A DNA stretch of 64,000 nucleotides from an uncultured Candidatus Saccharibacteria bacterium (GCA_964372635.1 CAYJQW010000003.1:2145-66144); one strand, 5' to 3'; shown: positions 9,893 to 19,420, counted from the first letter of the stretch. Program-made: numbers and translations. The notes: generated by a model from the letters alone, not told the origin.

Positions 9893-10852
9893 TTAGTTTA
9901 AATTTTTCTGATCAAAACCTTGTAAAGTCTTGATTGAATAGGCCTTTTTTTGAGAGTAGTAGGTTTTTGCCACAACGTCAGCCAGAACTCCAGTTAATAA
10001 AAATTGAAAACCCAATAGAACCAGTAATACGGCCAAAAGTGGCGTGGATCTCCCCGCCAAACCAATAATGCGAAAAAGCCAGAGGCCCCCTAGGACACTT
10101 CCTAAGATAAAACCAGAGGCAATAAAGACGACACCAATGGCACCAAAAAAATGCATTGGGCGTGTTGCATATTGAATCCAAAACTTAACAACTATCAAGT
10201 CAAGAAAACCTTTTAATTTTTTTCGAATAGTGTAATTTGTCTTACCGTGCTGACGAGGATGGTGAGCAACTATCATCTCGCCAATCTTGAAACCTTTCCA
10301 GGCTAAAAGAGCCGTAATGTAGCGATGCATTTCACCATATAGCTCTAAGTCAGCTAGGGCCTCTTGGCGATAAACTTTAAGACTACAGCCATGATCGTGA
10401 ATCTTTTCTCCGGTTACTCGGCGGTGAATAAAGTTGCCAATTTTACTGAGAAATTTCAGGCTGCCCTTATCGCTCCTGTGTTTGCGCCAACCAGATACTA
10501 CATCTAATTCATCGTCTTTTAGTTTCGTCAACATGGCTGGAATATCTTTTGGATCATTCTGTAAATCTGCATCGAGGACAATAACGTAATCACCACTAGC
10601 CAGATCAAAACCGGCTGACCAGGCTGCAGTTTGACCAAATTGTCGACGAAGCTGAATAATCTTCACGCGCCTGTCGCCTCGTCTTAGTATTTGTATCTGT
10701 TTCAGTGAATTATCACGGCTGCCATCATCAACATAAATTAATTCCCACTCCCCACCGATCGAATCCATGACTTTTTTTATAGATTCATATAACGGTTTAA
10801 CCGAATCCTGTTCATTATGAACCGGAACTACAATTGAATTATTCATAAACAA
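9893..10852 (-). CDS. GT2 polyprenyl-phosphate glycosyltransferase (GtrB/DPM1/ArnC-like) with two C-terminal TM helices.
   Basis: N-terminal GT-A domain with VIVLDADLQNDP (DxD) and a C-terminal membrane anchor (FFGAIGVVFIASGFILG…LLVLLGFQFLLTGVLADVV). This architecture is typical of enzymes that make polyprenyl-P-sugar donors for GT-C enzymes. Confidence 0.7.
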   Translation of the reverse strand: MFMNNSIVVPVHNEQDSVKPLYESIKKVMDSIGGEWELIYVDDGSRDNSLKQIQILRRGDRRVKIIQLRRQFGQTAAWSAGFDLASGDYVIVLDADLQNDPKDIPAMLTKLKDDELDVVSGWRKHRSDKGSLKFLSKIGNFIHRRVTGEKIHDHGCSLKVYRQEALADLELYGEMHRYITALLAWKGFKIGEMIVAHHPRQHGKTNYTIRKKLKGFLDLIVVKFWIQYATRPMHFFGAIGVVFIASGFILGSVLGGLWLFRIIGLAGRSTPLLAVLLVLLGFQFLLTGVLADVVAKTYYSQKKAYSIKTLQGFDQKNLN

Positions 10853-11004
10853 ATTATGACTGAATTGAATTTCCTTTCATAGCATAAACTATGTACGTTG
10901 GCAAGTAGCAGAACCAGGAGCCAGGACCATTCTTATGAGTCAATTATCATATACACAGCCTTGGGCTATAGCGCCTGGGTAATTAAAAAATCATCTACAA
11001 CCAT

Positions 11005-11910
11005 TTAGGCATCCTTTATTCCTGGTCCTAATTTGTCTGCCATGGCGACTTCTTTCAAATACGCCCCATAGCCGCTTTTTTGGAGGGTCTCTGCTAACTC
11101 AAGTAATTGTTCTCTGTTAATATAGCCCAGCCTAAAGGCTATCTCTTCGATGGCTCCTATTTTTAGCCCTTGCCGTTGTTCGATAATTTGCACAAAATTA
11201 GCCGCAGCCAAAAGAGATTCATGAGTTCCTGTATCAAGCCAGGCAGTACCACGCGAGAGAATGGAGACGTTGAGCTTGCCAGCTGCTAAATAGCTTTTGT
11301 TAACGTCAGTAATTTCAAGTTCACCACGATCGGATGGACGCAAATACTTAGCTACATTTACAACGTTTTTATCATAAAAATACAGGCCTGGCACTGCAAA
11401 ATGCGATTCTGGCTTCTGAGGTTTTTCGACAATGCTAGTTGCCTTACCATCGACATCAAAACTGACAACTCCATAACGTTCCGGATCAGATACATGATAA
11501 GCAAAAACCATGCCGCCACCGTTAGTCTCTACTTGTGATCGGGCCGACTGTACTGTTTGCTGAAGATCCGTGCCATAAAAAATATTATCGCCGAGGATCA
11601 GCGCAACGGAATCATTGTCAATAAATCGCTCACCGACAAGAAAAGCATCAGCTAAGCCTTTGGGTTCAGATTGTTCCGCATATTTTATTTTTAACCCATA
11701 CAATTGGCCATCGCCAAAAAGACGTTGATACAGGGGCAGTTGATCTGCTTGGGAAATAATCAAAATCTCCTTTATACCTGTCAGCATCAAGACCGATAGA
11801 GGATAGTAGATCATCGGCTTATCATAAACAGGCATAAGTTGTTTGCTGATAGGAATTGTCAAGGGGTACAACCTAGTGCCAGCGCCACCAGCGAGAATGA
11901 TTCCTTTCAT
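11005..11910 (-). CDS. rmlA: Glucose-1-phosphate thymidylyltransferase (RmlA).
   Basis: [18 protein letters not shown]…, length 301 aa, and overall RmlA-type motifs throughout. Confidence 0.85.
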   Translation of the reverse strand: MKGIILAGGAGTRLYPLTIPISKQLMPVYDKPMIYYPLSVLMLTGIKEILIISQADQLPLYQRLFGDGQLYGLKIKYAEQSEPKGLADAFLVGERFIDNDSVALILGDNIFYGTDLQQTVQSARSQVETNGGGMVFAYHVSDPERYGVVSFDVDGKATSIVEKPQKPESHFAVPGLYFYDKNVVNVAKYLRPSDRGELEITDVNKSYLAAGKLNVSILSRGTAWLDTGTHESLLAAANFVQIIEQRQGLKIGAIEEIAFRLGYINREQLLELAETLQKSGYGAYLKEVAMADKLGPGIKDA

Positions 11911-11950
11911 ATTATATTCATTATAAAGCTACGACAAAATTTTTAACACT

Positions 11951-12928
11951 TTATTCACCAAGATGCAAATCAGGCACAAGGTAGCGGGTTATGTAGTCAT
12001 CGACCGCGTCGTCAATTTCAGTGAATGACTGTCTATAGCCGCTGGCCAGAAGCTTAGAAATTTTCGCTTTGGTGTGATACTGATATTGTTTTACAAGGTT
12101 GGCGGGCAATGGAACATAGGTAATTTTTGGTTCAAGTTTCAACGACTTAAACATCGCCAGGGCCACGTTGTTCCAGGATACCGCCTGACCGGTACCAATA
12201 TTGAACAACCCATTGGAGACAGTATTCCCTAGAAAGTGCAGAGTGGCTGATACTGCATCTTTAATGTAGATAAAGTCACGCTTCTGCTCTCCGTCCTTAT
12301 AATCAGGATGTTCCGACATAAAGAGTTCAATTTTCCCTGTCTTTTGCAACTCTTGAAATTTTTTATTTATAACACTTCTCATCTCATTCTTGTGCCACTC
12401 GTTTGGGCCAAAAACATTAAAATATCGTAAGCCGACAACTTGGTTCAGAAAGCCTTTATCGCGTGCCCAGATGTCTACCATCAGCTTAGATTTACCATAT
12501 AAATTAAGCGGTCTCAGTTTGTCTAATAAATCATGGCTATCAGAAAAACTATGAGAACCACTCCCATACGTAGCGGCACTTGACGCATAAATGCAGCGGA
12601 CGCCATGTATTTTGCACCAATGAATAATATCTTTCGTATATGCAACGTTGTTTTCTAGTAAGTAAGACCAATTCATCTCAGTCGTATCAGAGCAGGCCCC
12701 CATATGCAGAATTGCTTCGACTCTCTGCTTGTTCCAATCACCATTAGATAGTTGCCTATGAAAATCATTGATACCGATTAGGTTCTCATACTTAAGAGGC
12801 GCTATATTTCTCGCTTTTCGATCGTGATCTATTTCGTCAACTATGGTAATGTCTGATTTGTTTTCCTTGTTTAATGCCCAAATAAGCGCACTACCAATGA
12901 ATCCAGCGCCACCGGTGACAATTATCAT
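11951..12928 (-). CDS. hldD: ADP-L-glycero-D-manno-heptose 6-epimerase.
   Basis: MIIVTGGAGFIGSALIWALN… aligns closely with E. coli HldD/RfaD across its length (YASSAATYG, RYFNVFGP, FIYIKDAV). Confidence 0.8.
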   Translation of the reverse strand: MIIVTGGAGFIGSALIWALNKENKSDITIVDEIDHDRKARNIAPLKYENLIGINDFHRQLSNGDWNKQRVEAILHMGACSDTTEMNWSYLLENNVAYTKDIIHWCKIHGVRCIYASSAATYGSGSHSFSDSHDLLDKLRPLNLYGKSKLMVDIWARDKGFLNQVVGLRYFNVFGPNEWHKNEMRSVINKKFQELQKTGKIELFMSEHPDYKDGEQKRDFIYIKDAVSATLHFLGNTVSNGLFNIGTGQAVSWNNVALAMFKSLKLEPKITYVPLPANLVKQYQYHTKAKISKLLASGYRQSFTEIDDAVDDYITRYLVPDLHLGE

Positions 12929-12981
12929 TGGCTAATTCTAGCAAGCCTTCCGGTATCTTACTAACTCTTTCTTTTTTATTT

Positions 12982-13521
12982 TTAAGCTCCGGTTATTTTT
13001 TGGGCAAAACTGTCTAACGAATCTACAATTAAATCTGGGGTAACATTTAATGAACTTTCCTGCCAGTAGCGACTTTTGATCAAGGCTGTTTTAGTTCCAA
13101 TATTATGACCAAACAAAACGTCTTTTTCTCTGTCACCTATCATCCAGCTTTGTCCATAGTTAATCGCCCCTATTTCAGCTTCAACTTTTTTGGCCATTCC
13201 CGGACGAGGTTTGCGGCAATTGCATTCATGGTTATCCCGCAAGTGAGGACAAAAAGCGATCGCACTAAGTTTGATGCCCCTTTTCTTGAGTTCTTGATTC
13301 ATCATAGTATGTAACGCAAACAAATCCTGTTCAGAATACAGCCCATGGGCAATGCCACTTTGATTCGTGACAATGGCGAGTTTATATCCGGCCTGCTCCA
13401 GACACTTAAGGCCGGCAAATACACCTTCAATCCATTCCCAATTCTTGGCTTCATCAACATAGCCGTGATCAACATTAATTGTTCCATCACGATCAAGAAA
13501 TATAACTGGGTGCCCCACCAT
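12982..13521 (-). CDS. gmhB: D-glycero-D-manno-heptose-1,7-bisphosphate 7-phosphatase (HAD family).
   Basis: IFLDRDGTINVDHGYV… and CRKPRPGM motifs as in E. coli GmhB; 179 aa. Confidence 0.75.
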   Translation of the reverse strand: MVGHPVIFLDRDGTINVDHGYVDEAKNWEWIEGVFAGLKCLEQAGYKLAIVTNQSGIAHGLYSEQDLFALHTMMNQELKKRGIKLSAIAFCPHLRDNHECNCRKPRPGMAKKVEAEIGAINYGQSWMIGDREKDVLFGHNIGTKTALIKSRYWQESSLNVTPDLIVDSLDSFAQKITGA

Positions 13522-13529
13522 AGCTTTGA

Positions 13530-15041
13530 CTAATCTGAAGATTTTATTTTTTTAATAAGGTCAGAAGTTGAGAAGTTGTTTCGTCGTTGCACCATATACC
13601 CGGCAATGCCAAGTTTCTGCATTACCGGCCACTCAATCCAGGTGGCAGGGTCGCCACGATCTGGGCCATTAACATGGATATGCGGTTTAATAGCCGGCAG
13701 CAATGATTTCATTGGCTCTTCCTGATAATCTCCTGGCATGATCACAACGTAATCAACGCTGGTGAGTGCCGCGACCATCGCTGCTCTTGCTTCCAAAGGT
13801 AACAATGGTCGATTTGCACTTTTTTCTTTATTAATAGCTTCATCCGTGTTTAGTCCGACAAACACAACATCACCTTGCTCCTTGGCCTGTTCAAATTGAT
13901 CCAAATGACCAGCATGCAATAAATCGAATGACCCATTTGTACTAACTATTTTTTTTCCCGCTTGTCGCAATTTCTTGGCCAATTGTTTGGCATCATCAAG
14001 ACTCAAGATCTTACTATGACTACGTTTGCTAATCAGCACGGAGCGTAATTCGTCCCTTGAAATACCCACCGCCCCAATCTTACTTACAACCGCTGCGCCA
14101 GCGGCATTAGCCAAATAACCAATTTCTTGCGGCTTGGCGCCAGCGAGATAGGCCAACAACATAACCACCGTCGCAGTGTCACCAGCACCTGAAGTATCCG
14201 CCACCTCTATCCGGTTGTCTTGCTGTATATGGCATTCACCTTCGGTTGTGCAAGCATAAATACCTTCCGGTCCGAGAGTAAGATAGACATCGGTCTGAAA
14301 TTTATCGCGTAATGCTTTTGATAAGGCTTGGTAGTCATGTCCACCTTTTTCTAAATGATTCAAACCAAGGTATTCGTGTCCTTCCTTTATATTAGGGGAA
14401 ATGAAAGTGGCCTGTTTAAATAAATCAATTCTCGACGGTTTAACATCAGCGGCTACTGGTATGTCTTGGCCTTTCGCCATCTTCATTATGTGCTGGGCAA
14501 CTTCGGCGACAATCGCTCCCTTAGCATAGTCGGAAACAATGATAGCATCGATGCCGCTCGCCAAGACAGCATCAATGGCGGTTTTAACCTGCCCGATAAC
14601 ATCGCCATCAATATTATGAGTTTCTTCTGTGTCAACTCGTAGCATCTGCTGATTATTAACCATAAACCGAGTCTTACGAATTGTCGGACGGCTTGGGTCA
14701 GAAATTAAAATTGCCTGGTAATTCTCTGTCTCGGCCGCTTGCTTAAGCTGGACTGCATCAGAGTCATCACCCACTACCGAGATTAGAGTTGTCTTGGCAC
14801 CTAATTTAGCTGCGTTTTTGGCAACATTACCGGCACCCCCAGTTTCATTCCATTCGCGCTTAGCATGTAAAATCGGCACCGGTGCTTCTGGATTCAATCG
14901 ATCAACTTTTCCTGATACGTAATGGTCCAAGACAATATCACCAATTACTAGTATTCTTTTGCTGGGAAACTCCTTTAGAATTTCATCAACACGTTTAGTT
15001 TTCATTTGCATCACCATAATTTTCTGGCTCAAGCATTTCAA
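13530..15041 (-). CDS. hldE: Bifunctional D-beta-D-heptose 7-phosphate kinase / D-beta-D-heptose 1-phosphate adenylyltransferase.
   Basis: N-terminal PfkB-type kinase domain (GGAGNVA…DTSGAGDT) followed by a C-terminal cytidylyltransferase-like domain (IVSTNGSFDLLHAGHL). The true start is probably an internal Met (about 15005-15017), which removes most of the 47-nt overlap with gmhA. Confidence 0.8.
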   Translation of the reverse strand: MKCLSQKIMVMQMKTKRVDEILKEFPSKRILVIGDIVLDHYVSGKVDRLNPEAPVPILHAKREWNETGGAGNVAKNAAKLGAKTTLISVVGDDSDAVQLKQAAETENYQAILISDPSRPTIRKTRFMVNNQQMLRVDTEETHNIDGDVIGQVKTAIDAVLASGIDAIIVSDYAKGAIVAEVAQHIMKMAKGQDIPVAADVKPSRIDLFKQATFISPNIKEGHEYLGLNHLEKGGHDYQALSKALRDKFQTDVYLTLGPEGIYACTTEGECHIQQDNRIEVADTSGAGDTATVVMLLAYLAGAKPQEIGYLANAAGAAVVSKIGAVGISRDELRSVLISKRSHSKILSLDDAKQLAKKLRQAGKKIVSTNGSFDLLHAGHLDQFEQAKEQGDVVFVGLNTDEAINKEKSANRPLLPLEARAAMVAALTSVDYVVIMPGDYQEEPMKSLLPAIKPHIHVNGPDRGDPATWIEWPVMQKLGIAGYMVQRRNNFSTSDLIKKIKSSD

Positions 15042-15573
15042 ATATCAAATGAATAGCATGTAAATCAAGCTCTTGAATCCGGGCCGTGTTTTTACCCGGG
15101 GAAGTGACAACCAAGTCAGCAATCTCACGTAATTTACCTTTTGCTCCGGTAAAGGCAATGACAGTCATCCCCCGCTCATGCGCCGTCAAGCAAGCATTTA
15201 AGATATTGGCTGAATTACCGGATGTTGAGAAAGCTATGAAGATATCTCCTTCGCGACCCAGCGCTTCCAATTGTCTTGAAAAAACTTCTTCGTAGCCAAA
15301 ATCATTGCCAATACAGGTTAAAACTGCGCTGTCAGCAGTTAAGGCTACAAAAGGATAGGGCTGACGGTTAGATTTATATCGCCCAAGTCCTTCATCAGAT
15401 AAGTGCTGAGCCAATGTGGCCGAACCGCCGTTACCAGCAACATATACTGTTTTGTCCTTGGCAAAGCATTCTTTTAGTTGCCTTACGACACGCTCTAATT
15501 GCGCATGATAGTCCGTCGTGTTTTCGAGAGCTTTTTTGAGTTCGGCGGTGTGCTGTTGAAATATTTTATTCAT
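14995..15573 (-). CDS. gmhA: Sedoheptulose-7-phosphate isomerase (SIS domain).
   Basis: 192 aa with the SIS-domain motif VYVAGNGGSATLAQHLSDE and GDIFIAFSTSGNSANIL, typical of GmhA. Confidence 0.8.
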   Translation of the reverse strand: MNKIFQQHTAELKKALENTTDYHAQLERVVRQLKECFAKDKTVYVAGNGGSATLAQHLSDEGLGRYKSNRQPYPFVALTADSAVLTCIGNDFGYEEVFSRQLEALGREGDIFIAFSTSGNSANILNACLTAHERGMTVIAFTGAKGKLREIADLVVTSPGKNTARIQELDLHAIHLIFEMLEPENYGDANEN

Positions 15574-15610
15574 GGTGAAGTGTAATTTCTACATTATCAT
15601 CTCAGATAAA

Positions 15611-16519
15611 TCAAGTTGCCGCTAGGTTTTGTCGTGACCTCAAATAGTCCTGTAAAGCCTCCTCCCATGAACGAAGCAACGGGCCATGAGTATTTTGTAA
15701 AATACTCCATTTAGGTCTTCGGGCAGGTAATGGAAATTCGGTGGAGGTAATGGGTTTTACCATCACATCACGGCCTGCTAATGCAAATATCTTTTCGGCG
15801 AAGATTCGCCAAGTTACGGCACCGCCGTTGACGAGATGATAGATGGCCGGTTTATAGCCACCTAAGAGAAGCTCGCGTGTGGCCAATGCCAAATCTTTTG
15901 TATATGTTGGATTGCCATATTGATCATCAACAACTCTTACAAAACGGTCATGTTTTGGCAAGGTAGCTTTGCTTTCCGCCAAACTTAGCATTGTGTCGAC
16001 AAAGTTCTTGCCGTTTGAGCCATACAACCAGGCGGTACGAACTAAATAGTATTTTGGCGCAATGGCAGCCAAGGCCTTTTCTCCGGCGAGCTTAGATTTT
16101 CCATATAAATTCACAGAGGGTCCAGGAGGATAGTTCTCTGGAAAGCCTCGGAACTGACCTGCTTTTGTCCACATTCCCATAGTCTCTTCAGTTATCCCTT
16201 CCATTTTTTGAAAAACATAGTCAGTACTAAAGTGAACCACTGTTGCATCTATTGCCTTGGCAGCTTGAGCGATATAGCTGACAGCTGACTCATTGACGGT
16301 AAAAGCTTCGGTTGAATTTAACTCGGCGCTGTCGACCGCAGTATAAGCAGCAGCGTTTATAATAATGTCGGGATTCTCAACCTGAATCTTTTTCATAACC
16401 ATTTTTTTGTCTGTTATATCAAGCTCAGCTCGATCAAGGGGAATAATGTTTTGATCAGAAAATATTTTCGCCAAATCAGAGCCGAGCATGCCTTGAGCCC
16501 CTAACAATATAATTTTCAT
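15611..16519 (-). CDS. rmlD: dTDP-4-dehydrorhamnose reductase (RmlD-like SDR).
   Basis: MKIILLGAQGMLGSDLAKIF…, YGKSKLAGE (YxxxK), about 300 aa, positioned next to rmlC and rmlA. Confidence 0.65.
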   Translation of the reverse strand: MKIILLGAQGMLGSDLAKIFSDQNIIPLDRAELDITDKKMVMKKIQVENPDIIINAAAYTAVDSAELNSTEAFTVNESAVSYIAQAAKAIDATVVHFSTDYVFQKMEGITEETMGMWTKAGQFRGFPENYPPGPSVNLYGKSKLAGEKALAAIAPKYYLVRTAWLYGSNGKNFVDTMLSLAESKATLPKHDRFVRVVDDQYGNPTYTKDLALATRELLLGGYKPAIYHLVNGGAVTWRIFAEKIFALAGRDVMVKPITSTEFPLPARRPKWSILQNTHGPLLRSWEEALQDYLRSRQNLAAT

Positions 16520-16613
16520 GTCAGAATCCTACGCGACTTGACAATTTTACACAAGCATGTATTTTAGAAGCAGTTAAGTGGTTGTCCCTCCTTTTGACTT
16601 CGGAGTTTTAAAA

Positions 16614-17045
16614 ATGAATAATAGGTCAATTCGTGCGAGAGGGAACTCGTGGCCGATAATCTCAGTTGTTTTTGTCCCTAATAGACCAATCCAGTGCGTT
16701 TTCTGTAAACGTTTTTTTGATCCTAATAATCAAGAAGAAAGATATTCGGCGACTATGCCGATGGTTGTTGAAAACCAAGAAAGAAGATCTCATTTGGAGA
16801 AATCTCTGCAATGCGACCTTGGTGGGGCTGGGGCAGAATCAGTCGTGCCAGATGATGTGTCACGAAATGAGTTGATTTACCCTGGGGTAGACGATATTGT
16901 CGGACGACCAGAAATATTCATTAGTTGCTGCCGGGATCATGGCGAGTTGCTTGACGCAGTTGATGAAAAAATGATCGTCTGTAATGGCGATGGAACTATC
17001 GAATGTTTGATCGGGATGATCAAAGATAGATCGGTGGTTTTTTAA
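16614..17045 (+). CDS. Hypothetical Cys-rich protein (143 aa), on the opposite strand to the surrounding operon.
   Basis: ATG at 16614 preceded by GGAG at 16602-16605. Upstream are TTGACA (16537-16542) and a TATTTT -10-like box. Downstream is a hairpin plus T-run (17064-17108). The protein has 7 Cys (CVFC, CC, VCNGDGTIEC). I recognise no homology. Confidence 0.35.
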   Translation: MNNRSIRARGNSWPIISVVFVPNRPIQCVFCKRFFDPNNQEERYSATMPMVVENQERRSHLEKSLQCDLGGAGAESVVPDDVSRNELIYPGVDDIVGRPEIFISCCRDHGELLDAVDEKMIVCNGDGTIECLIGMIKDRSVVF

Positions 17046-17185
17046 TAACAGGGTGTTTAGTATAAGGCTTATGTCAATTATTTTTAGAAATTGATAGAGC
17101 CTTTTTTATTACTAATGGCGGCATGAAACTTAGTAACACTTATAGTCGCTCTACCAAATAATCCTTTTATGGTGTCCTGAAAAAA

Positions 17186-18136
17186 CTAATTTTTAAGATA
17201 TATATTATTCATCCACCTAATGAGGTGTTGGCTGCCCTCGTCCACAGATATTTTCGGATTGTATTGCAATAGTTTTCTTGCCTTGGATATATCCGCAAAT
17301 GTTACGGCCATTTCTCCTGGGGGAGTAGGACGCTCAATGATCTTTGCTTTACGTCCTACGGCCGCTTCCAGCGCCGCAATATAACCACGTAAGGAAATCG
17401 GCTCACCGCGACCGATATTGATAATTTCGAAGGAAAGTTCGGTGTCAATCGCTGCGAGTACGCCCGCTACGACATCGTCAATGTAAGTGAAATCTCGCTG
17501 GCGCTCATCTTTAGTTAATTCAATCGTTTTACCTAAGATAATTTTTTCGGCAAATAAGAAAGGAGCCATGTCTGGCCGACCCCATGGACCATAGACGCTA
17601 AAAAATCGGAGCACTGTTACCGGTAAACCGTAAAGTTCATGCCATAGAGAGCAATATATTTCTCCAGCAGCTTTTGAGGCACTATATGGCGAGTGCGGCC
17701 GTAAGGGATATGATTCTTCTTTGAAGGGTGTTTGTCTATCATCATAAACAGATGAACTGCCGGCAAAAATTAATCGCGGTATTTTATTCTCCTGCAATGA
17801 TTTTAGGACATTTAATGTACCAACCACGTTATTCTCAGTGTAAAGTTTTGCCTGACCAATGCTTTCACCTGGATTAGCATGTGCTGCAAAGTGCAGGACA
17901 ATATGAGCGCCACTGTGTTGCAAAGCCAAATCAAGCTCGTGAATATTAAGAATCGAACCTTTGATCACGTTGGCTTTGCCTTGTAATAGATCCTTAACAC
18001 GGGCTTGTTTTAACGCCGCGGGGTATAAAAAATCATTGAAATCATCAAAAACAGTGACCTGGTCACCACGCTCAATTAATGACTTAGCAACCAGCGAGCC
18101 AATAAAGCCAGCGCCTCCAGTGATAAAAATCTTCAT
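17186..18136 (-). CDS. UDP-glucuronate 4-epimerase-like NAD-dependent epimerase (SDR).
   Basis: GGAGFIGS Rossmann motif, YSASKAAGE (YxxxK) and the signature RFFSVYGPWGRPDMAPFLF that is characteristic of UDP-GlcA 4-epimerases (GAE/Cap1J-type). Confidence 0.6.
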   Translation of the reverse strand: MKIFITGGAGFIGSLVAKSLIERGDQVTVFDDFNDFLYPAALKQARVKDLLQGKANVIKGSILNIHELDLALQHSGAHIVLHFAAHANPGESIGQAKLYTENNVVGTLNVLKSLQENKIPRLIFAGSSSVYDDRQTPFKEESYPLRPHSPYSASKAAGEIYCSLWHELYGLPVTVLRFFSVYGPWGRPDMAPFLFAEKIILGKTIELTKDERQRDFTYIDDVVAGVLAAIDTELSFEIINIGRGEPISLRGYIAALEAAVGRKAKIIERPTPPGEMAVTFADISKARKLLQYNPKISVDEGSQHLIRWMNNIYLKN

Positions 18137-18684
18137 ATGAGCACCAATTCTGCCCGTTTAAGCGGTGGGTAAGAGTTGTCCTTAGACGAAAGTATTGGCT
18201 GTTTAATCGGCCAGGTGATTTCTAGATCGGGATCGTTCCAAATTATTCCCCTCTCAGCCGATGATTCATACTCATTATCACAGTAATACATAATTTCGGC
18301 ATTATCAGATACGACACAAAAACCATGAGCAAAACCTTGGGGTATAAATATCAAATCATTATTGACGGCTGACAAGTTTAGGCCTGTCCACTGGCCAAAA
18401 GTGGGCGATTTTTCCCGGATATCTACGGCTACATCAAATATTTCTCCGGCCAAGACTATAACAAGCTTAGCTTGCGCGTGTGGTGAAAGTTGATAATGGA
18501 GTCCGCGTAGAACATTTCTAGAACTTTTCGAACGATTGAATTGTCTGAAAGTTATGTCTAGACCAAAATTGGAAAAAGCACTCTTTCTATAAACCTCAGT
18601 GAAATAACCCCGATCGTCTCTTTGGACATCAGAAGTTATATGCAGAATATCTGGAATTTTAAGTTTCTCGAAATGAAACGGCAT
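18133..18684 (-). CDS. rmlC: dTDP-4-dehydrorhamnose 3,5-epimerase (cupin).
   Basis: 183 aa; …DDRGYFTEVYR…RGLHYQ… motifs of RmlC. Confidence 0.8.
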   Translation of the reverse strand: MPFHFEKLKIPDILHITSDVQRDDRGYFTEVYRKSAFSNFGLDITFRQFNRSKSSRNVLRGLHYQLSPHAQAKLVIVLAGEIFDVAVDIREKSPTFGQWTGLNLSAVNNDLIFIPQGFAHGFCVVSDNAEIMYYCDNEYESSAERGIIWNDPDLEITWPIKQPILSSKDNSYPPLKRAELVLI

Positions 18685-18842
18685 GCCATTAGTAATGTCA
18701 CTTGACGGTATCGTAATTAAACATTGGAAGTCAAAGGTTTAATTATTTTTACCGCTTCACAGTTTTTTTACCTTCGGAAGACTCTGTAGAATAGAAAATG
18801 GTATTTTAGATCGACTGAATGATTCAATCGACTCGAGATAAA

Positions 18843-19307
18843 TTAATTTGATGCTTTTATTATTGAATGTTCAGGATCTTTTATTTTTGAGCCTGCCGAA
18901 GGTCTTTCTTGTTGCCGGAGTAAAACATGATCAAGCCATTCGATAGCTTGATGGTTATCAAGCCTCCCATCCACAGCTAGTAATCTGTCCACAACGTTTC
19001 CTGCTGCTGCCGCTTGCCTCACAAGTTTTTGAGACTGCGTTTGCATCCCGGCATCATTCTGCGCTGGTGCCATCTCAAAATTATGAGTTTCGGCTTTTAA
19101 TTTACTAGCAGAAAGTTTAGTTACGGATACATTAATTCGAATCAAGAGCATGCTACCAGCCCCGAAGACGGCATAAAATAACTGACGTCGGAAATCGGCC
19201 TCAAACCACATCCCGATTGTTAAACCAGAAAATATTCCTACCAATATCCAAAGTAAAGTCGCCATATTATGATATGTCCTTGCCGTAATATTTTGGAGCA
19301 TAAGCAA
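18843..19307 (-). CDS. Hypothetical small membrane protein.
   Basis: Two predicted N-terminal TM helices (LLWILVGIFSGLTIGMWF; LFYAVFGAGSMLLI). The start is ambiguous (TTG at 19307, ATG at 19301 or at about 19265). A candidate TTGCTA-17-TATAGT promoter lies immediately upstream, implying a near-leaderless mRNA. Confidence 0.4.
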   Translation of the reverse strand: MLMLQNITARTYHNMATLLWILVGIFSGLTIGMWFEADFRRQLFYAVFGAGSMLLIRINVSVTKLSASKLKAETHNFEMAPAQNDAGMQTQSQKLVRQAAAAGNVVDRLLAVDGRLDNHQAIEWLDHVLLRQQERPSAGSKIKDPEHSIIKASN

Positions 19308-19365
19308 GTTACTATAACCAGAATCTTATCCTATAGCAAGGATACTAATAAAAACGAGCCCCACA

Positions 19366-19420
19366 CTCATGACATAAAAATGCTCATCAGTGGGGGCTCA
19401 ACACGGGGGCAAGCGACAAG
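19366..19420 (-). terminator. Probable Rho-independent terminator downstream of lepA (imperfect long hairpin followed by GTTTTTATT on the minus strand).
   Basis: gagccccacactcatgac…ctcatcagtgggggctc forms an about 14-bp imperfect stem; on the minus strand it is followed by a T-rich tract. Confidence 0.4.

Noticed and set aside
14995-15041. An apparent 47-nt overlap between hldE and gmhA.
   Set aside because: This is an artefact of the longest-ORF start; internal Met codons (MVMQMKTK) at about 15005-15017 reduce the overlap to a typical coupling distance.
16666-16875. A 69-aa plus-strand ORF.
   Set aside because: It is in an alternative frame fully inside the better-supported 16614..17045 ORF.
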